Origin: Candidatus Nezhaarchaeales archaeon | Lineage (GTDB): Archaea > Thermoproteota > Methanomethylicia > Nezhaarchaeales > WYZ-LMO8 | Direction: 5' to 3' | DNA length: 64,000 bases | Assembly: GCA_038887515.1 (NCBI GenBank) | Contig: JAWAKK010000001.1 | Coordinates: 256,001 to 320,000, forward strand | Part shown: piece after piece, positions 61,017 to 64,000 of the stretch | Position numbering within the stretch: the first letter of the stretch is position 1 | Layout of the letters: every line of letters starts with the position of its first letter | The notes under the pieces: model-generated | Told to the model about the DNA's origin: nothing | The model's input: the letters and a program-made list of their open reading frames with translations, nothing else | The model's database searches: none | Made by a program: the position numbers and the translations under genes

Positions 61017-62159
61017 ATGAACGAGAAGGTTAAGGTTCTAGGCGTAGATCCCGGAACCTTTAGCTTCGATATATGTGGTCTCGAGGGCGGTAAGGTCTTT
61101 TACGAGAAAGTCATACCGACAATCGAGATAGCTAAGGATCCAAATAAGCTCGTTAAAGGGCTCGAAGAAGCGGGCGACGTGGACTTAATAGTTGGACCTT
61201 CGGGTTACGGTGTTAAGGTCACGTACTTAAAAGACGTCAAAGACCCCGAAGCTTTCGCATTAAATGACCTTTTACTTGTAAAGAGGGAAGACGTTGAGTC
61301 CGCTCTTAAAAGAGGGGACATAGGAATAATGGTTTACCAAGCAATGGTTAAGGCAACCGTCGAAATGAAGAAGAAGGACATGCCCGTCTGCTTCATTCCT
61401 GCAGTGATATACTTGCCTACAGTTCCTTGGTACAGAAAAATCAATAGAATAGACATGGGTACAGCAGACAAGATGTGCATAGCTGTCCTAGGAGTATACG
61501 ATCAATCGAGGAGACTAAAAGTAAGTTACGATCAAGTATCGTTCATACTTGTGGAGATGGGCTTCGGATACAATGCCGTGATAGGTGTCAATGGAGGAAA
61601 AATAGTCGACGGAATAGGCGGGACCATGGGCCACCTAGGTTTTCTAACTGCTGGAGGGCTCGACGCCGAGCTAGTTCAACTGGTAGGTAGGTGGGAGAAG
61701 GGCGACATATTTACTGGTGGAGCTTCAAGCTTAGCCGGAGTTCAATCGCCAGAAGAATTGGTCGAAAAAGCGCTTACAGACGAGAACTGTAGAGCTGCGT
61801 TGGAGGCAATGATTGAAGGCGTTGAGAAGATGGTTGCAGCAATGAAAGTTTCTGTAAGGAAACCCAAAGAAATCTTACTATCGGGCAGGCTTACGAGGAT
61901 CAAGGAGATAAGGGAAATGGTAGTCAAGAGGTTAAGCGACTACGGCAATGTTAAACAAATAGGGTGGCTCGAAGGGGCTAAGAGTGTCAAAGAAGCGGCT
62001 CAGGGCTATGCTATGGTGGCTGATGGATTAGCAGGCGGAGTATTCAAGAACCTTGTAGAGTGGATGGAGATCCCAAGGGCTTCGGGAACCTCGCTAGACT
62101 ACATAATCCATTCAAAGAAGAACGAAATAACGCTGAGGCTCTTAACAAGAAATCATTAG
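61017..62159 (+). CDS. DUF1464 family (ASKHA/butyrate-kinase-like)
   Basis: GVDPGTFSFD, PSGYG, RKINRIDMGTADK, DGIGG and KEAAQG motifs. Confidence 0.85.
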   Translation: MNEKVKVLGVDPGTFSFDICGLEGGKVFYEKVIPTIEIAKDPNKLVKGLEEAGDVDLIVGPSGYGVKVTYLKDVKDPEAFALNDLLLVKREDVESALKRGDIGIMVYQAMVKATVEMKKKDMPVCFIPAVIYLPTVPWYRKINRIDMGTADKMCIAVLGVYDQSRRLKVSYDQVSFILVEMGFGYNAVIGVNGGKIVDGIGGTMGHLGFLTAGGLDAELVQLVGRWEKGDIFTGGASSLAGVQSPEELVEKALTDENCRAALEAMIEGVEKMVAAMKVSVRKPKEILLSGRLTRIKEIREMVVKRLSDYGNVKQIGWLEGAKSVKEAAQGYAMVADGLAGGVFKNLVEWMEIPRASGTSLDYIIHSKKNEITLRLLTRNH

Positions 62160-62252
62160 GCAAGACAATAAGAACCCTAGAAACATTGAGTTAAATTCTC
62201 GGCCTTTCAACTTTTTAATCGGTAAGGATCCTACATCTATAGAGGGACGATT

Positions 62253-62713
62253 ATGCACAAGTCGTGTATAACGTTAATTGTAGTACTAGCGGCCATAATC
62301 TTAATCTCTGTCCCCTTAGAAGCCGAGGAATGGGTCTCTTATAATCCAAAGAGCGACGATATAGCGGTGAACTACTTTTTCAGCGACAACGTTAGTATTA
62401 ACATTACTGTGACGATTACATTTCCACATAGCGGATTCACTGCTCGCTGGGGATCTGTCGAGATTTATGGGGACGTTGCAAGAGCATGCATTGACGTAAT
62501 GATGTGGACCGGTCCTGCGGCGCAAGTTATAACTCATAAAGCCATACTTGGCAATTACCAAGTAATGTTAGAATATTTGAACTGCACATCAACAATCAGT
62601 TGGCCAAGAGAATCGAGCTTAGTGTAGGATCTCAATTTGGGGATTACTTGATTATACCAGCGTTAGCAGGGCTACTAGCTATAGTAGTAAGGCTCTTAGT
62701 CCTAAGAACCTAG
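62253..62713 (+). CDS. Secreted protein with C-terminal TM anchor; frameshifted
   Basis: Signal peptide. One more A at 62538-40 gives ...HTWQLPSNVRIFELHINNQLAKRIELSVGSQFGDYLIIPALAGLLAIVVRLLVLRT*. Confidence 0.6.
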
Positions 62714-63832
62714 CGTCAAACCTAAAGAATCCAGCCCCTTATTCTCTACACGAAATCCAAGAATCTTAAGCTTCTTCAATATTCGTTTAACCACCAACTC
62801 GAGATTGTCTAGGTCTTCTGGAGGGATCACGCCTTCACAATCTATCTGACCTTCGGACAATAGTAGCGCTACTTCGCTACACACAACGCCGGTCGCCTTA
62901 GCCATGCTGCTTAAATTTTCATCAAAAGCTGAACCGTAAACCATCAAGCATCCTTTAACCGGCTCTTTACCCATAATTCCTCGTACGTCGACGTCGATCA
63001 CCACTACGTCTGGCTCGTACTTCATAGTCTTTTCAAGAATTTTTGCTGTAAGTTCCCTAATGGTTACGTTAATGCCTCCAATCTCAATCTTCTCTTCACC
63101 TAAGAAACCTAAATCCTTCAAGAATTTAATGACGTCTAAGTGACCCCTCCACCTTAGCGTCAGCTCTACTAATCTACTGGGCCTCTTCTTCATGCGAAGA
63201 AGAGTTCTAAGACCATCGCTCGGAAATGCTTCGAAGTCCCAGTCTCCGATTTTAATTGAAGTTCTAAAACTTAAAGGATCGCAACTTCTCAAGATACCGT
63301 CTTCGACGTATCTAGCGGGCCTTGCATATTCTTCCAGTAGATCTTCGATAGACCATGAAGAAGAATGGTATAGCGGCGGGTTTGGAGTTAACGGTAAACC
63401 TCCAACTTTAATCTCGACTTCATAGATTTGATCTAGAACCCTTGAAATTAAGCCTACAATCATGTTGGTTAAACCGGGAGCTATTCCGCAATCCGGTATG
63501 ATTGTCGAACGGGCCTTCCGAGCCTTGCTGTCAATGGATAGGGGATCTTCACATGTAAAGGACACGTCGACTAACTTTATACCATGCTCAGCACATGCAT
63601 CCATAAATCTATATCCTAGCCTTCCTGGAAGGCAACTACACGTGCAATCAAACTCTGTCGCCAACTTAGATACTCTACCAAGGTCTTTCGATACATCAAT
63701 TACGTGAAAGCCGTCAAGGAAGCTTTCGCGTTGCACTTTAATGTCGACCACCTCAACTTGATGTCCATGGGCCTTTAAATTCAGTGCGACAGCCCTACCA
63801 ACCCTTCCATAGCCGACTACTAGGAACTTCAA
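62702..63832 (-). CDS. Saccharopine dehydrogenase / lysine 6-dehydrogenase family
   Basis: VVGYGRVG, DCGIAPGLTN, VGGLP, WSIEDLLEEY and TLRWRGH motifs. Confidence 0.88.
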   Translation of the reverse strand: MKFLVVGYGRVGRAVALNLKAHGHQVEVVDIKVQRESFLDGFHVIDVSKDLGRVSKLATEFDCTCSCLPGRLGYRFMDACAEHGIKLVDVSFTCEDPLSIDSKARKARSTIIPDCGIAPGLTNMIVGLISRVLDQIYEVEIKVGGLPLTPNPPLYHSSSWSIEDLLEEYARPARYVEDGILRSCDPLSFRTSIKIGDWDFEAFPSDGLRTLLRMKKRPSRLVELTLRWRGHLDVIKFLKDLGFLGEEKIEIGGINVTIRELTAKILEKTMKYEPDVVVIDVDVRGIMGKEPVKGCLMVYGSAFDENLSSMAKATGVVCSEVALLLSEGQIDCEGVIPPEDLDNLELVVKRILKKLKILGFRVENKGLDSLGLTLGS

Positions 63833-63877
63833 GGGCTCATCCTCACGTCTGCTAGCACGTCTTAAAGGCTATAGAGC

Positions 63878-64000
63878 TTACTTCTTCTTTTTCGATTCCT
63901 TGATCCTCTTGATTTCCTTCACTACGTAATCCTTGAACTCCTCGATACTCATAGCTTCTCTATGGCTTGGCAACTTAACTAGGACTATATCGCCGTCGGC
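63878..64000 (-). CDS. 3' end of a hypothetical protein running off the window
   Basis: Open frame ADGDIVLVKLPSHREAMSIEEFKDYVVKEIKRIKESKKKK*. Confidence 0.45.
   Translation of the reverse strand, partial: ADGDIVLVKLPSHREAMSIEEFKDYVVKEIKRIKESKKKK

Noticed and set aside
672-63707. Many 60-170 aa ORFs antisense to or overlapping the called genes
   Set aside because: They are shadow ORFs of well-supported genes, with no motifs.
1-64000. CRISPR arrays, tRNAs, rRNAs, transposases, integrases and defence systems
   Set aside because: None was recognised by eye; intron-split tRNAs could be missed without tRNAscan.

Overview
This is a gene-dense archaeal chromosomal segment, probably TACK/Thermoproteota-like. 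That placement is an inference from the homocitrate synthase-RAM fusion, a TFS2-like protein, DUF2258, and the archaeal-type cobT, cofD and mptG genes. No rRNA, tRNA, CRISPR array or intact mobile element was recognised. From left to right it holds: the 3' part of a pyrogallol-phloroglucinol transhydroxylase-like molybdoenzyme operon (athL/bthL-like, two unannotated single-TM microproteins, an SSS transporter); glyA; a hisZGDCBHAF operon; two tandem DRE-TIM synthases sharing identical DNA tracts; an accessory block (Val2-type Nei glycosylase, cobT, an apgM remnant, uvsE-photolyase); an ArsR-ArsP-triple thioredoxin locus with three matching operators; an ECF transporter; nfnAB/sudBA; cofD; phi; ADP-forming acetyl-CoA synthetase; two divergent C/D-box sRNA candidates; and mptG/DUF1464. 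Six genes carry single-base frameshifts, mostly in homopolymers, which suggests long-read assembly errors. All product calls come from motif recognition; no database searches were run.
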